NCBI RefSeq assembly: GCF_006345805.1
Contig: NC_043006.1
Coordinates: 49,104,001-49,168,000, forward strand
DNA from: Octopus sinensis
Taxonomy: Eukaryota
Direction of reading: 5' to 3'
DNA: 64,000 bases
In this document: positions 50,484-63,282 of the stretch, in pieces
Layout of the letters: each line of letters starts with the position of its first letter
Position numbering within the stretch: the first letter of the stretch is position 1
Translations under genes and position numbers: made by a program
Notes under the pieces: model-generated
The model's database searches: none
The model's input: the letters and a program-made list of their open reading frames with translations, nothing else
Told to the model about the DNA's origin: nothing

Positions 50484-53400
50484 CGCCTTACGGGCACTTG
50501 TGCTGGTGGTACATGAAAAAAAGCATTAGAGTGGGGTCATTGCCAGTGCGCTAGACTGGCTCCTGTGCAGGTGGCATGCAAAAAACACCATTTGAGCGTG
50601 GCCGTTGCAAGTACCGCCTGACTGGCCCTCGTGCTGGTGGCATGTAAAAGCACCCACTACACTCTCGGAGTGGTTGGCATTAGGAAGGACATCATAAGCT
50701 GTAGAAACTCTGCCAGATCAAATTGGAGCCTGGTGCAGCCATCTGGTTCCCCAGTCTTCAGTCAAATAGTCCAACCCATGCTAGCATGGAAAGTGGACGT
50801 TAAAACAATAATGATGATGATATATGCATGTGTGTGTGTGTGGGGTCTTTGTCTCACCATCACTAGATAACTAGTGATGATTTATGTCCCTGTAACCAAG
50901 CAGCTTGGCAAAAGGAACAGACAGAATAAATATCAGGCTTAAAAAAGAATTAAAAAAAATATTGGGGTTGATTTGTTCGACTAAACCCATCAAGGCAGTG
51001 TCCTAAGCATGGCCACAATTCAATGACTGAAACAGGAAAAAAAACAATAAAAGATAAATGATGTGTTCAATTCTATTCCTCACACCCATTCCATTTTTTT
51101 CAATCATTTCAGATTACAAGGAGACAGAAATATTTGTAGGGTTAAGAAGTTTCGTTTGCAACCAGTTCTGGATTCTATCCTGTTACACGGCATCTTGAGC
51201 AAGAGAATTTTATCATAGCTTCAGGATAACTAATATCTTCTGAGTAGAATTTGGTAGGTGGAAACTGTGCAGAAACCTGCCCTGTGTCAACACCGTTGTT
51301 TTTATAGATGGCGACCCTTTATGATACCAACCTTTTTAGTCATCTCTTATAACACATAAAGATACAGAGAATTCTTCCCAACCACATGTTTACAGGTTCA
51401 GTCCCACTGTGTGACACCTTAAACAAGTGTCTTGCACTCTAACCATGGGCTGAAGCCATGTGAGTGGACTTAGAAGATAAAAACAGACAAAAGCTCATTG
51501 TATATGCATATGTACATCTCTCTCTTTCTCTCTCTCTCTATATATATATATACATATCTGATCATTGCCCAATGGACAAACAACATCTCAAATAACAAAT
51601 TTTCCCCTTATATCAATATATCAGTAACACTTCAGCCCAATTTCAATTATACAAAGAAAATAAGCTTATTCAGAAATATACTAAATACTCAACAAGACAA
51701 CAGAATCAGGAAACAGTTAATTCAATCCAACTAAACAACATGAAACAATAAAAATAACAATGATACATCAAAAGTCAAGGCAAAAGGCTTCCTGTGGGAT
51801 TTGAAATTAACTTCAAACCACTGTATTATTACACAAAGTATTTTTTTTAAACATTTTTTGGTGTCACTTCACGAATGATAAATTGGATCTTAATTTTAAC
51901 CAAAAGCAGACCCTCAGGAAAATAAAAAAGTATTAAACAAATGCTTTTAAACATTCAGCTGTCAGATGACAGAGAAACAAGAGATGCCTTAAAGAAATCA
52001 GCCAACTGGAACAATGAACATTTGATAAGCAAATGACGTAATCCATAAATCAACCAACCAGAGCGTTGGACTACTACAGAACAGAAGACTAGTGATCAAA
52101 ACAATTGATGGAAAAAGGACATCCCCAGGTTGTCGACCAATCAGAATGCTGGACTACCATTACTTGACCAGAACATTTTAAAGGAATGATATACTCAGGT
52201 AGTCATCTAACAAGAATGCGAGGCCACAGGTGGATAAAAACAACTCGTGTCATTGAGTTAGTAACTAATCAGGACTAATTTAAGACCTAGGACTTGAGAA
52301 CCTATATCTTAAAACCTATAGGCGGACAAGCAAAACAAACAAAGAACAATACACCGCAGCAGAACTGGTAAAAAGATTATTTTATTTTTAAAAATCTTAT
52401 TTGTATCTAGTTGCTAATATAACATTGCTTTGAATCCTATTGGAACTGTCAACTATATATTATTACGAAATTTGTAGAGCAACTGAACTTTTATAATTTC
52501 CAAATACTGTGAAGTTTATGGACATTTGACTTTCTCAGCATGTTTTAACTGCTATGGAATTTTCTCCTGTTCCTTCATTTTCTTTTTAATTTGTATCTTA
52601 TGTATTTCTTTATTTATTTACACTTGAAAAACAAATAAATTATTGAAACCAGTTTTAATAAATTAAAAAAAAAAATTCTTTTAAACTACAATTCATTCTA
52701 AGACTCAGGTGCATTTTCAACCCCAAAACTAATTCTCAGATACGCTTACTTACATGACAACAAACTTTTTTAGACACACACACACACATATGAGCACGTT
52801 ATGTTTGTCTCCTATCAAGTGATGTTTAGACAAAGGGCATACACACACACACACACGATAAGCTTCTGCCAGTTTATTTACTAAATCCACTCACATGGCT
52901 TTGGTTGGCCCAGGGATAAAGTAGAACACATTTGACAAAGGTGTTGTGCAGTGGGAGTAACCTGAAGACTACCAGGTTGTGAAGGAAGCTTCTTAACCAC
53001 AAAAACTACACCTGTGCATGTGTATTCACATACATATGTATATGTCTCTATGTATTAATGCTTTCCAAAGAATCATACAAATCAACAATGCTGCAAAATA
53101 AAAACAAAAAGGAAATCCACTCCCTACTTCACAGTTGAATGGTTAATGTAACAGCAGTAAAGCCATCCAGCTGTTAAGGCTATTGTTCCAATAACACACC
53201 AGCTGCTTTATGAAGCACGAAAAATGAATATAAAACACATAAAAAAAAATACAGATATTAATTACAAATCTCCTTTCCTTGGTTCACCTACCAATTATAA
53301 CATGGAATTGTTTCAGTTCATTTATCCATAGCTAGAAACGACTTACATTTGATAGAAAAGTGTCCACAAATAAAGAAATGTTCAGAAATTAAAGGACAAT

Positions 53401-55292
53401 GGACATGAATTTTCAGAATTATTCACCCTAAGCTAAAACAGAAAATATATTTAAAACAATGACGCGGGCACAGGTGTGTCTATGTGGTAAGAAAGCAGTG
53501 GCAAGCTGGCAGAAACATTAGCATACCGGGTGAAATGCTTAGCGGTATTTTGTCTGCCGCTATGTTCTGAGTTCAAATTCTGCCGAGGTCGACGTTGCCT
53601 TTCATCCTTTTGGGGTCGATTAAATAAGTACCAGTTACACACTAGGGTCGATATAATTGACTTAATTCATTTGTCTGTCCTTGTTTGCCCCCTCTGTGCA
53701 TAGCCCCTTGTGGGTAGTAAAGAAATAAGAAGTTTGCTTCCCAACCACATGGTTGCGGGTTCAGTCTCACTGCGTGGTACCTTGAGCCAAGTATCTTCTA
53801 TTATAGCATTGGGTTGACCAAAGCCTCATGAGTGAATTTGGCAGGAAGAAACTGCATGAAACCTTTCATGTGTATGTGTGTCTGTGTTTGTCCCTGGCCA
53901 CCACTCAACAACCAGTGTTGGTGTTTACATCCTTGTACCTTTGTGGTTCAGCAAAAGAGACCAATAGAATAAGTATCAGGCTTTAAAAAAAGTACTGGGG
54001 TCGATTCATTCAACTAAAAGCCTCTCAACATGGTGCCCCAGCATGGCCACAGTCCAATGAAAAGATTAAAAGACTGGTGCAGGTATGGTTGTGTGGTGAA
54101 ACAGCTTGCTTTGCAACCATGTGGTTTGAGGGTCGGTCCTACTGTGGGACACCATGAGTATGTGCCTTCCGTAATAGCTCTGGCCAACCAATGACTTGAG
54201 TGGGAATCTGTGTTGAATTCCATCATATGTGTGTCTTTGTGTTTGTTTGTCCCACATCACCTGACAACCAGTGTTAGTTTACATCCTGGTAATTTATCAA
54301 CTTGGCTAAAGATACTGATTGGAATGAGTGCTAGACTCTAAAAAATGAATATTGGGGTTAATTAGTTTGACTAAACCTTTCAAAACAGTACCCCAGCATA
54401 GCCACAGTCCAATGACCGAAACAGGTAAAAAATGAAAGAAAGACACGAGAATTTTCAGAATTATTCAACCCAAGTCAAGATAGAAAATATATTCTAAACG
54501 TGAGATAGTGATATGTTGGGCAATATGCTAAGCTTGAGAAGACCCATCAAGCCAAGCGACATCGTAGTCATGGTCAATGCCAGTGTAGCATACCTGGCAC
54601 CCGTTGCCGGTAACATGTAAAAAGCAACCTTTGAACTTTGGGCCTGATGGAGTCAGCGACAAGTAACCGAGACCTTTGGTAATGTACTATGCTTAAGAAG
54701 ACACCAAGCTGGCAGAAACATTAGCAAGCCGGGTGAAATGCTTAGGAGTACTCCGTCTGTTTTTACGCTTGAGTTCAAATTCTGCCGAGGTCAAATTGGC
54801 CTTTCATCCTTTCAGAGTCGATAAATTAACTACCAGTTGCGTACTGGGTTGATCTAATTAACTGGCCTCCTCCCCAAAATTTCGGGCTTTGTGCCTAGAG
54901 TAGAAAAGAATATACCATGCTAAAGAAAACCCCTTCAAGCCAAGTGAGATTGTAGTCATGGCCGATGCTGGTGTTTAGTAACTGGCACCTGCCACTATAT
55001 TTGGAGTGGTTGGTGCTAGGAAGGGCATCCGTCTGGAGAAAGCATGCCAAATCAGACTGAAACCTGGTGCTGCTCCCCAGTTTACCAATTTTCAATCAAA
55101 CTGTTCAACCCATGCCAGCATGGAAAACAGACGTTAAATGATGATAACGAACATGTTAACTGTGCAATCTCCTATGAAAGAACTGGTCATGCAGAGCTCA
55201 CAGCCCATCAACCGACACCCTTACCTGCACACCCACCATACGATGACAACCAACGCTTCCATTAAATGTCCAAATATCAAAAGAACACTTAC

Positions 55293-55437
55293 CGTTATTT
55301 GTGATTTCTTCAGACGAGTCATTGTGATCTGGAAGGGGAGAGGATGGTTTGTCGGCAGCCACAACTCTATCAGCAAGATTTTCCCCAAACACAAATCCAG
55401 AACAATTATTACTCTTTTCTGAATTTTGATTAAGACC
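55293..55437 (-). CDS. RANBP3: RANBP3 exon (145 nt) with FxFG repeat FVFGENLADRVV
   Basis: Acceptor aatttttatAG, donor GTAAGT; motif resembles vertebrate RanBP3 FVFGQNLRDRV. Confidence 0.93.
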
Positions 55438-55546
55438 CTATAAAAATTGCAGACAACACAATATTAAAACAAAGTGGATACAAACTATAATCTTAATTTC
55501 TGCGGGAAGGTGGTGGTGGTGGGGGGGGGGGAGAGCTTTTCCTTAA

Positions 55547-55766
55547 CCCTTTAGCATTCAGATTACTGTCAAATGTAATGCTTATTTATTCGCTTTGGTT
55601 TGAATTAATCATGCATTATCTTGTAGCTTTAAAATTTCGATGGTGTGATTGGCTTATTTTTTACAATGACATTATAGGGTAGGTGTGAGAGGCCAGATCT
55701 GGCTAGTTTGAACATCAAACAAGTAGAATATTTTGGTTGAATATGGCTGGTTTAAATGCTAAAGGG
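55547..55766. mobile_element. piggyBac-type MITE family F (220 bp)
   Basis: TTAA|CCCTTTAGCATT...AATGCTAAAGGG|TTAA; related degenerate copies at ~28250-28470, ~40190-40310 and 47401-48083. Confidence 0.9.
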
Positions 55767-56083
55767 TTAAAGTGACAATGGTAAATTAAACAGAAACTAC
55801 TGACAAAAGAATAACAACTGCAAATAAGAAGAGTTGTTAGTTACAAGATGTGGCACATAATTTGTATGTGATTATTATAAGGACCTGTCCTTATCCCATG
55901 AAATTAAGCCCCAAAATGCATTCAATATTGCTACAGTAATATTTAGTTCAAGTTAGCAACAACATTTTAATGTTAATAATAGGAAAGAGTTTAGTTTTTA
56001 CAATATGTGACTATTTAATGTAAAATTGAATTCTTTTGAGTCTAAGATCTTTCGCAAGAGACAAAAGTTATTGCATTTTAACA

Positions 56084-56233
56084 TGTATAAGGAACCCCTA
56101 ATTTTTGGGGCTTAAAATTTGAAAAAAAAAGTTTTATAAGGGATTATAATACTTATCCATGTATAAGAAACTCCCATATTTTTTAACCAATTTTTGACAA
56201 AGAAGGGTTCCTTATAAATGTTAAAATATGGTA
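56084..56233. mobile_element. Small Tc2-like MITE
   Basis: Inverted attttaacatgtataaggaaccc / gggttccttataaatgttaaaat. Confidence 0.65.
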
Positions 56234-56850
56234 AATAGCTTTCCATTTCAGACATAACCACAACCAAAAGTTATTTTGATTTTTTAGAGAAATAGCATCA
56301 TTTAACCATTTTGTTACAGCATTTTCAATGAAATGTAACACTTTGGTTTCAATTAATTTGGAAAATAATGAAGAATTAAGTTTGATGTTTTGAACACAAA
56401 ATAACAAGAAATACTGGTTTCAAATTTTGGCACAAGGCCAGCAATTTTGGGAGAAGGGATAGGTCGATTACATCGACCCCAGTGATCAACTGATACTTAT
56501 TTTATCAGTCCTGAAAAGATGAAAGGTGAAGTCAACCTTCTGGAATTTGAACTCAGCACATAAAGCAGATGAAATGCAGTTAAGCATTTTGCCTGATGTG
56601 TTAACGATTCTGCCAGCTCGCCAACTTAGATTACAAAAAATATTAATGCAAGGTTTAATTTAGATGACTTTAAAACAGGAATTTTTTTTTATCATAGAAC
56701 CAAGAACAGGGTTAGGTAATTTGGTGTGAAAGGGGATTAAAGAAATATACTGCAGGTAAGACTAAGAATGGAATAACAAGTAAAATTTTGGTGTCACTTG
56801 TCATCCATAGAATTTGTAGGTAATCTTTAATAAGAAAGCATGAAACTCAC

Positions 56851-56992
56851 AACCACACGTTCATGAAGATTGGTACCAAAGAGAAATTCTCCTCCAGTAG
56901 AAGTAGTAGTAGTGGCAGCAGCAGCTTCGGTATTATTATTTACACTAGTCTGGCCAGTGTGGAGGTTCACAGGACTGTTGTTATTGCCAACT
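56851..56992 (-). CDS. RANBP3: RANBP3 exon (142 nt) with FxFG repeat FLFGTNLHERVV
   Basis: Acceptor ctgtttgcAG, donor GTGAGT; FxFG-x-NL-x-ERV motif typical of RanBP3. Confidence 0.92.
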
Positions 56993-58447
56993 CTGCAAAC
57001 AGACAGTTTCAGTTTCCAATAAACATTTACAAGAAACATTATTTTGATGAAGTCAACAATTTACAAACCAGATCATGAGACACCAGCATGTCCTCTCTCT
57101 CTCACACACACATAAATTAGCATATTTGAGGGCATGGAAGATGCCCTTTTTACCTCTCAAAGAAAAAAAAAAAACTGTCTCAAAACCACACTCTAGATCC
57201 TATCTAAGAAGTTGGACCTCTCATAAACTTTAATGCATTAAAAACACTTTTCTCCTGAATGTGCACTGCAGAAGTTGTGGTGGTGCATCTAATATGCTCA
57301 TGTGGTTTTTATGCAATCAAATACAGTGTATCTCAGTACAGAAATAGTGTTATGGACCTACTACATACTCATGCATCTTTAGAAACTTATATCTATTATG
57401 TAACAGGAATGAGTGTTTCCTATTTATATAAGTGCAAGCTTGGATTGAACCTCGGACCATGAATCGACTAATGTTTTGAGTGGAATTTAATAGATGAAAA
57501 CTGTGCAAAACCCCATTATGATAATATTCTTTCTAATGCTGTTGCCACAATAAAATGCACTCAGTAGAGTCTGTAAAGTGGTGGGTCATCAGATAGATAC
57601 ATAGCAGTAGAAATCAAGCCAAAAATGTATTATACCAGTAAGACATTGTTTGCCCCACTTAGGAGAGTAGTAACTTTGAATAAGAATTGATTCAAACTAT
57701 GACAACCCATCCAACCTACATTAGTATGGAAAGTGAATGTAAAAAAAAATCATCATCTAATGTCTATGTTTTCATGCTAGCATGATCAGATGAAATTTGT
57801 CAAAGCAGATTTTCTAAGGCTGGACGCCTTTCCTGTTACCAAGCCTCAATTATTTCCACGGTAATATTTTCCAAAGCAAGACATGCTTTCCATGGAAGAC
57901 TAGAAAGGAACATCATTTGTATGACAGTGATGTTTGCTTACAACCATCATGTGATGTCAAAGCAATGGAACACACAAACACACACATACATACAGCAGCC
58001 TTCTTTCAGTTTCGGTCTACCAAATCCACTCACAAGACTTTGGCTGGCCTGGGACTACAGCAGAAAACACTTGCCCAAGGTGTCACACAGTGGGACTGAA
58101 CTCAAGACCATATGAATGGGAAGAAAGTTCCTTAACTACACACCCACACTAGCATCTTAATAAAACAATGATGATAATTATGTGTGTATGTATTTATAAT
58201 TATTGGTGTAACCTAATGTGTGAGTTGTATTCCTTAATGTCAATTAAGTAACTCAGAAGTCTGACAAAAAGAGATCAATAAAATAAGTACCAAGCTGAAA
58301 TAAGTATGGGATCTATATGATTGACTAAAAAACACTTCAAGCTGCAGTCCATTAAATGAAACCAATAAAATAAAGGGAGAAGGCAAGTCACTGAGAAGGT
58401 CAGAAACAGAAACAAAAGGACTTTGACTAACAAATAACTCATTGGCA

Positions 58448-58615
58448 TAGGAGTGGCTGTGTGGTAAGAAGCTTGCTTCCCAATCACATGGTTCCGGGTT
58501 CAGTCCCACTGCATGGCACCTTGGGCAAGTATCTTCTATTATAGCCTCGGGCTGACCAAAGACTCGAGTGGATTTGGTAGAAGGAAACTGAAAGAAGCCT
58601 GTCGTATATATGTAC

Positions 58616-58649
<34 letters not shown>

Positions 58650-58826
58650 GTTTGTCCCCCCAACATTGCTTGACAACCGATGCTGGTGTGCTTATGTCCC
58701 CATAACTTAGCGGTTCGGCAAAAGAGACCGATAGGCTTACAAAGAATAAGTATTGGGTTTGATTTGCTCGACTAAAGGCAGTGCTCCAGCATGGCCACAG
58801 TCAAATGACTGAAACAAGTAAAAGAG
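58448..58826 (+). mobile_element. SINE family A copy (RANBP3 intron)
   Basis: Colinear with 5477-5871. Confidence 0.9.
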
Positions 58827-59293
58827 ACTGATTGTTAAACCAGCACATTAAACAAATGATCAATCAGTTAGTTGGTCAGGTATTTAACCAACTGACTAAT
58901 AAAAGAGCTGATTGTGGACTTGTTATCATTATTATTATTGGCATAACGATCATCCCAAGACCAAAAAAAGAAAAAAAAAATCCCTATCTTGCTAATGCAA
59001 TTATTTTTACAGTGGATGTGTTTCCTATTACTAATAACTCAACCAGGAAAATAAGAGTGATACCATTGTGAAACAAATTGGAGGAGGCAACTAGTATCAA
59101 ACACAACAGTTGTTTAAAGCAAGAGGGATTGAACTCATGGCCATGTAGTCAGTAGTACAAAATCTTTAACTAACTCACAGCAATAATTTTGGATCAATAT
59201 TAACAGAGAATTAATGAAACGAACCATTAATCTTAACATCATATTATGAAAAAGCAAAATGGGGAAATGTCAGTTAACACTGTGTTGTATTAC

Positions 59294-59498
59294 CTACTAA
59301 AAATTGGTGTGGAGAACTTAGATGATGATGATGATGATGAAGATGATGATGATGTAGTGTCATTATCACCAGTTGTGGTTGTAATTCCACCATCAGCAGT
59401 TTTCTGCTGGTTTAAATCGCTGTTGGAAGAGACATTTTCTTTTGGCGCTGCAGTGTCACCAACTCGTTTCGATGACGACGAGTCAGCATCTTGTTGAC
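59294..59498 (-). CDS. RANBP3: RANBP3 exon (205 nt): low-complexity Ser/Thr-rich N-terminal region, QQDADSSSSKRVG...S11-KFSTPIFS
   Basis: Acceptor ttttctgtcttcAG, donor GTAATA; 2+67 codons+2 with no stop; phases match both neighbours. Confidence 0.85.
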
Positions 59499-59906
59499 CT
59501 GAAGACAGAAAACAATGGAAACTTGCTCAGTTTTAAAAGAAAATTAAATTAATGCTTTTCTAACCATATTTAGAAAAAAAAACATTGTTAATTATAAAAA
59601 AAAAATACTAATGAATGTTAAATACAAATGGTAAACAATGTAGTCTCTAACTGAAATATTTAGTTGTAACAAATATTCAACAAAACAAGGCGATATATTT
59701 GTAACAACAGACATATTTTATCTATACACACAGATAGACACGCTTTTGGATAGAAAAAGCCAAAGGCTGTCAGTAGGCACCTCCCGAAGCCATGACGGGC
59801 AGCCTTTGATTTTTCTTTCCAAAAGAGTTTTTCAAAGCAAAATTTACAAGTTACTACTCATAGCTCTATGTGCTTCAAGACCCAATGTTCCAAAATGTAA
59901 CTATGT

Positions 59907-59942
<36 letters not shown>

Positions 59943-60008
59943 ATAAAAATGGTAAGATAACAAAAGAAAGAAAGAGTCCTTGATATTATGTAAAATAGAG
60001 GAACTTAG

Positions 60009-60202
60009 CTGTAAATGAGACAATTATTTGGTAGCCATGATAAAACTCTGAGTTTCGGATGCCAAGGTGGAAATCCATGCCATTATTTTCATAGCATTTT
60101 TCCGATGGCTGGATAACTGAAGAGATGGCAGCGTGGATTTCCACCTCGGCATCCGAAACTCGGAGTTTTATCATGGCTACCAAGTAATTGTCTCATTTAC
60201 AG
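60009..60202. mobile_element. 194-bp MITE-like element with 72-bp arms (68/72 identical)
   Basis: Arms 60009-60080 and 60131-60202; superfamily not determined. Confidence 0.85.
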
Positions 60203-61076
60203 ATATATAAATATATACACACACACACACACATAAAGAACACATTTGATGGCAAAGCTTCAGTATGGTTATAGTCCAATGACAAAAACCAGTAAAAGAT
60301 TACGAAGCGATAATCCAAACTTACTTTTATCAACAGAATTTTTATTTGTAGGGTCTGGTAAAGTGGCAGGTTTGATCAAAGAGTGAACATTCTGAGAAGA
60401 CTGAACATCTAGAATGGGAAAAAAAAAATCAATAAATAATTCAAATAAAGATTATCTCCTTTTGGCATATATTTAAGCTATGTGTGTGTGATCATCGTTT
60501 AACATGAGCTGATGAGCCAGAGGATATGCCAAGCTCAAATGTCTGTTTTGGTATGGCTTCTACAGCTGGATGCCCTTCTTAATGACAACTTCTACCCAAA
60601 GTGTACCAGTTACATTCTATATGGCACCAGTACTAGTGGGGTCACCAAGTAACTTGCAAGAGAAGACCTTTCAGCCAAGGGAGGTGGCTTTACATCAAGT
60701 GATGAAAGAAGGGTAAACACAGGTGCCTTACAATAGAGGAGATACATGGCTACTCCAGTAGAAAGAAAGAAAATAGTGAAGAGGTGTCAAGGCATACCCA
60801 CAAGTTACAGGAAAGTGAATATATTAAAACACAACAGATACCCTAGAATATTAAACTGAATGATCAGGAAAACGAATCCCACCATCCATTTCAATTTTGT
60901 AATTTGGTAAATTGCTCTGTAAGAACCTCCATTGCCCTCCCCAACTTCTCAGAGTTCAATCCTCTTGTCCACTAGCATGAAGCTAATCCTTTCACCCCAG
61001 AATCTGTAGTTCTGGGAGTTGCCTGGCAACCTCAATAGTGTAGGTGACATAAAAAAAGCACCTAGTCCATGCTTAA

Positions 61077-61277
61077 CCCTTTTGTTACTGTATTTATTTT
61101 GAGATCCTTTGTGGTTTTTTTAGATATGACAAAGAATTTAGTAAAATAACTTAGTTACCATTAAGTTAGTATTAGGAACATTAATTGTGACGGAACTTAG
61201 GTGGAAGATTTTAATTCAAAACTTATGAAAACAAGACATTTGTACTACAAAGCCAAAGCCGGTTTGTAATGAAAGGG
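61077..61277. mobile_element. piggyBac-type MITE family G; a partial inverted copy lies at 41411-41497
   Basis: TTAA TSDs, CCC/GGG termini, homology to 26417-26640. Confidence 0.85.
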
Positions 61278-62427
61278 TTAAAGCAGTTGGCATTAGGAAG
61301 GATATCTAGCTGCAGAAACCATGTCAAAAGATACTGGAGCAGAATGCAGTCCATGGACAAATTGGGTCCTGTCAAACCATGTGCTCATGCCAACATAAAA
61401 CACAAACGTTGAATGATGATGATATCTTATGGCATCTACACCAATGTTACTGAAGTTATATGAATAGACAACATCAGCTTCAACCAATCACATCATCATC
61501 GTTTAATGTCCGCTTTCCATGCTAGAATGGGTTGGACGATTTGACTGAGGGCTGGCGAACCAGATGGCTGCACCAGGCTTCAATCTGATCTGGCAGAGTT
61601 TCTACAGCTGGATGCCCTTCCTAACGCCAACCATTCCAAGAGTGTAGTGGGTGCATTTTCGTGCCACTGGCACAAGGGCCAGTCAGGCAGTACGGGCAAC
61701 AGCCATGCTCGAATGTTTTTTACATGCCACGGGCACAAGTGTCAGTAAGGCAATGCTGATTTATAGTTACTGAATGTCACTGGTTGGATGTTTTTGTCTT
61801 TTCTTCATGGCTCTCCATCAACTCTGATGAAAATTTCTGATAGAAGTTCTGGTTATTAAGCAAACCTATGATGGAAGCCATTCCAACTATGACTATCCTG
61901 ATTGTTTTCATACTCAAGATAACATCATCCCATATGTTCTTTCTTTCTTTCTCTCTCTCTCTCTCTCTCTTTTTAAAATACTGTAGAGAGTAATCCGATG
62001 ATATTTTGTTACTATTTAGCAGGTTGAATGATTGCTTTGTTAACTACTATTTGTGCTTTCTGATGTCTGTCTAGTTCAACATAAAGCAAACACTATTTGT
62101 CCAACACAATAATTTCATTATTAGGTATTTAATGAACACTTTAGACACAGATTGCATGCCAAATGTACTGAGAAAGTAACTAATTGCTAATATGCAAGAA
62201 AGACTACTGCAGTGCTAAGAGCACTTAATGCACATGGGAAGTAAAGTGATTGAAAATGTTTAAGATATTTACAAGATACTATATGGACTACAGGCAAATT
62301 GAAGAAGACTTGGAATTTAGTAGTTAACTGGAACATAAAAAGTTACAATTCACAAATGAAATAAAGGATAATGTGTTGGTAAAACAATAAGTTTGTACAT
62401 CATGTGATGTGAATACAAACAGAGGCT

Positions 62428-62815
62428 CAGGAGTGGCTGTGTGGTAAGTAGCTTGCTTACCAACCACATGGTTCCAGGTTCAATCCCACTGTGTGGCACC
62501 TTGGGCAAGTGTCTTCTAGTATAGCCTCGGGTCAACCAAAACCTTGAGAGTGGATTTAGAAACTGAAAGAAGCCCATTGTGTGTGTGTGTGTGTATATAA
62601 GTGTTTGTGTGTCTATGTTTGCCCCCTCCTCTATAGCTTGACAACCGATGTTGGTGTGTTTGCACCCCCATAACTTAAGCAGTTCGGCAAAAGAGACCAA
62701 AAGAATAAGTACTGAACTTACAAAGAATAAGCCCTGGGGTCAGTTTGTTTGACTAAAGGCAGTGCTCTCGCATGGCCGCAGTCAAATGACTGAAACAAGT
62801 AAAAGAGTAAAAGAG
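62428..62815 (+). mobile_element. SINE family A copy followed by a partial second copy
   Basis: Colinear with 5477-5871. Confidence 0.9.
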
Positions 62816-63228
62816 AATAAGTACAGGCATGGTTGTGTGGTAAGTTTCCTTCCTATTCCAGGTAAGTCCCACTGTGTGGCACCTTGAGCAAGTATCACCT
62901 ACTATAGTCCTGGGTCGACCACAGCCTTATGAGTGGATTTGATAAGTGGAAATTGAAAGAAGCCTATTGTATATACATATATATATGTGTGTGTGTGTAT
63001 GTGTGCTTGTCTCCAGTATCAAATGTCTAGTCATCTGTGCTGAACCATCAGTATTGAAACCACCACATCTTATTGACTGATACCAGGCGGTAAAAGACTG
63101 TATTACCATAATGATTATTAACCTCATCATCGTTATCATCATCAATTAAACATCTGTGTGTTTTGTTTTCTTTTATACTGGTATCAATAGGAAAAAAAAA
63201 TAATAAAAGAATTGATAATAATACTTAC

Positions 63229-63282
63229 TAAATTTAGAGGGAGCTAAAAGGGATGTGTTCCAGAAAACACTACGTTTTCCAT
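63229..63282 (-). CDS. RANBP3: RANBP3 internal exon (54 nt, phase 1/1): (D)GKRSVFWNTSLLAPSKF; upstream exons lie outside the window
   Basis: Acceptor ttttcctctttccacAG, donor GTAAGT; open frame and phase match the next exon. The sequence itself is not recognisably conserved, so assignment rests on splicing logic. Confidence 0.7.

Noticed and set aside
55504-55531. G-rich run with G-quadruplex potential
   Set aside because: A simple homopolymer or low-complexity run on the non-mRNA strand, with no further support.
59246-59497. Plus-strand acidic ORF (LDDDDDDEDDDD)
   Set aside because: Antisense shadow of the RANBP3 poly-Ser exon.
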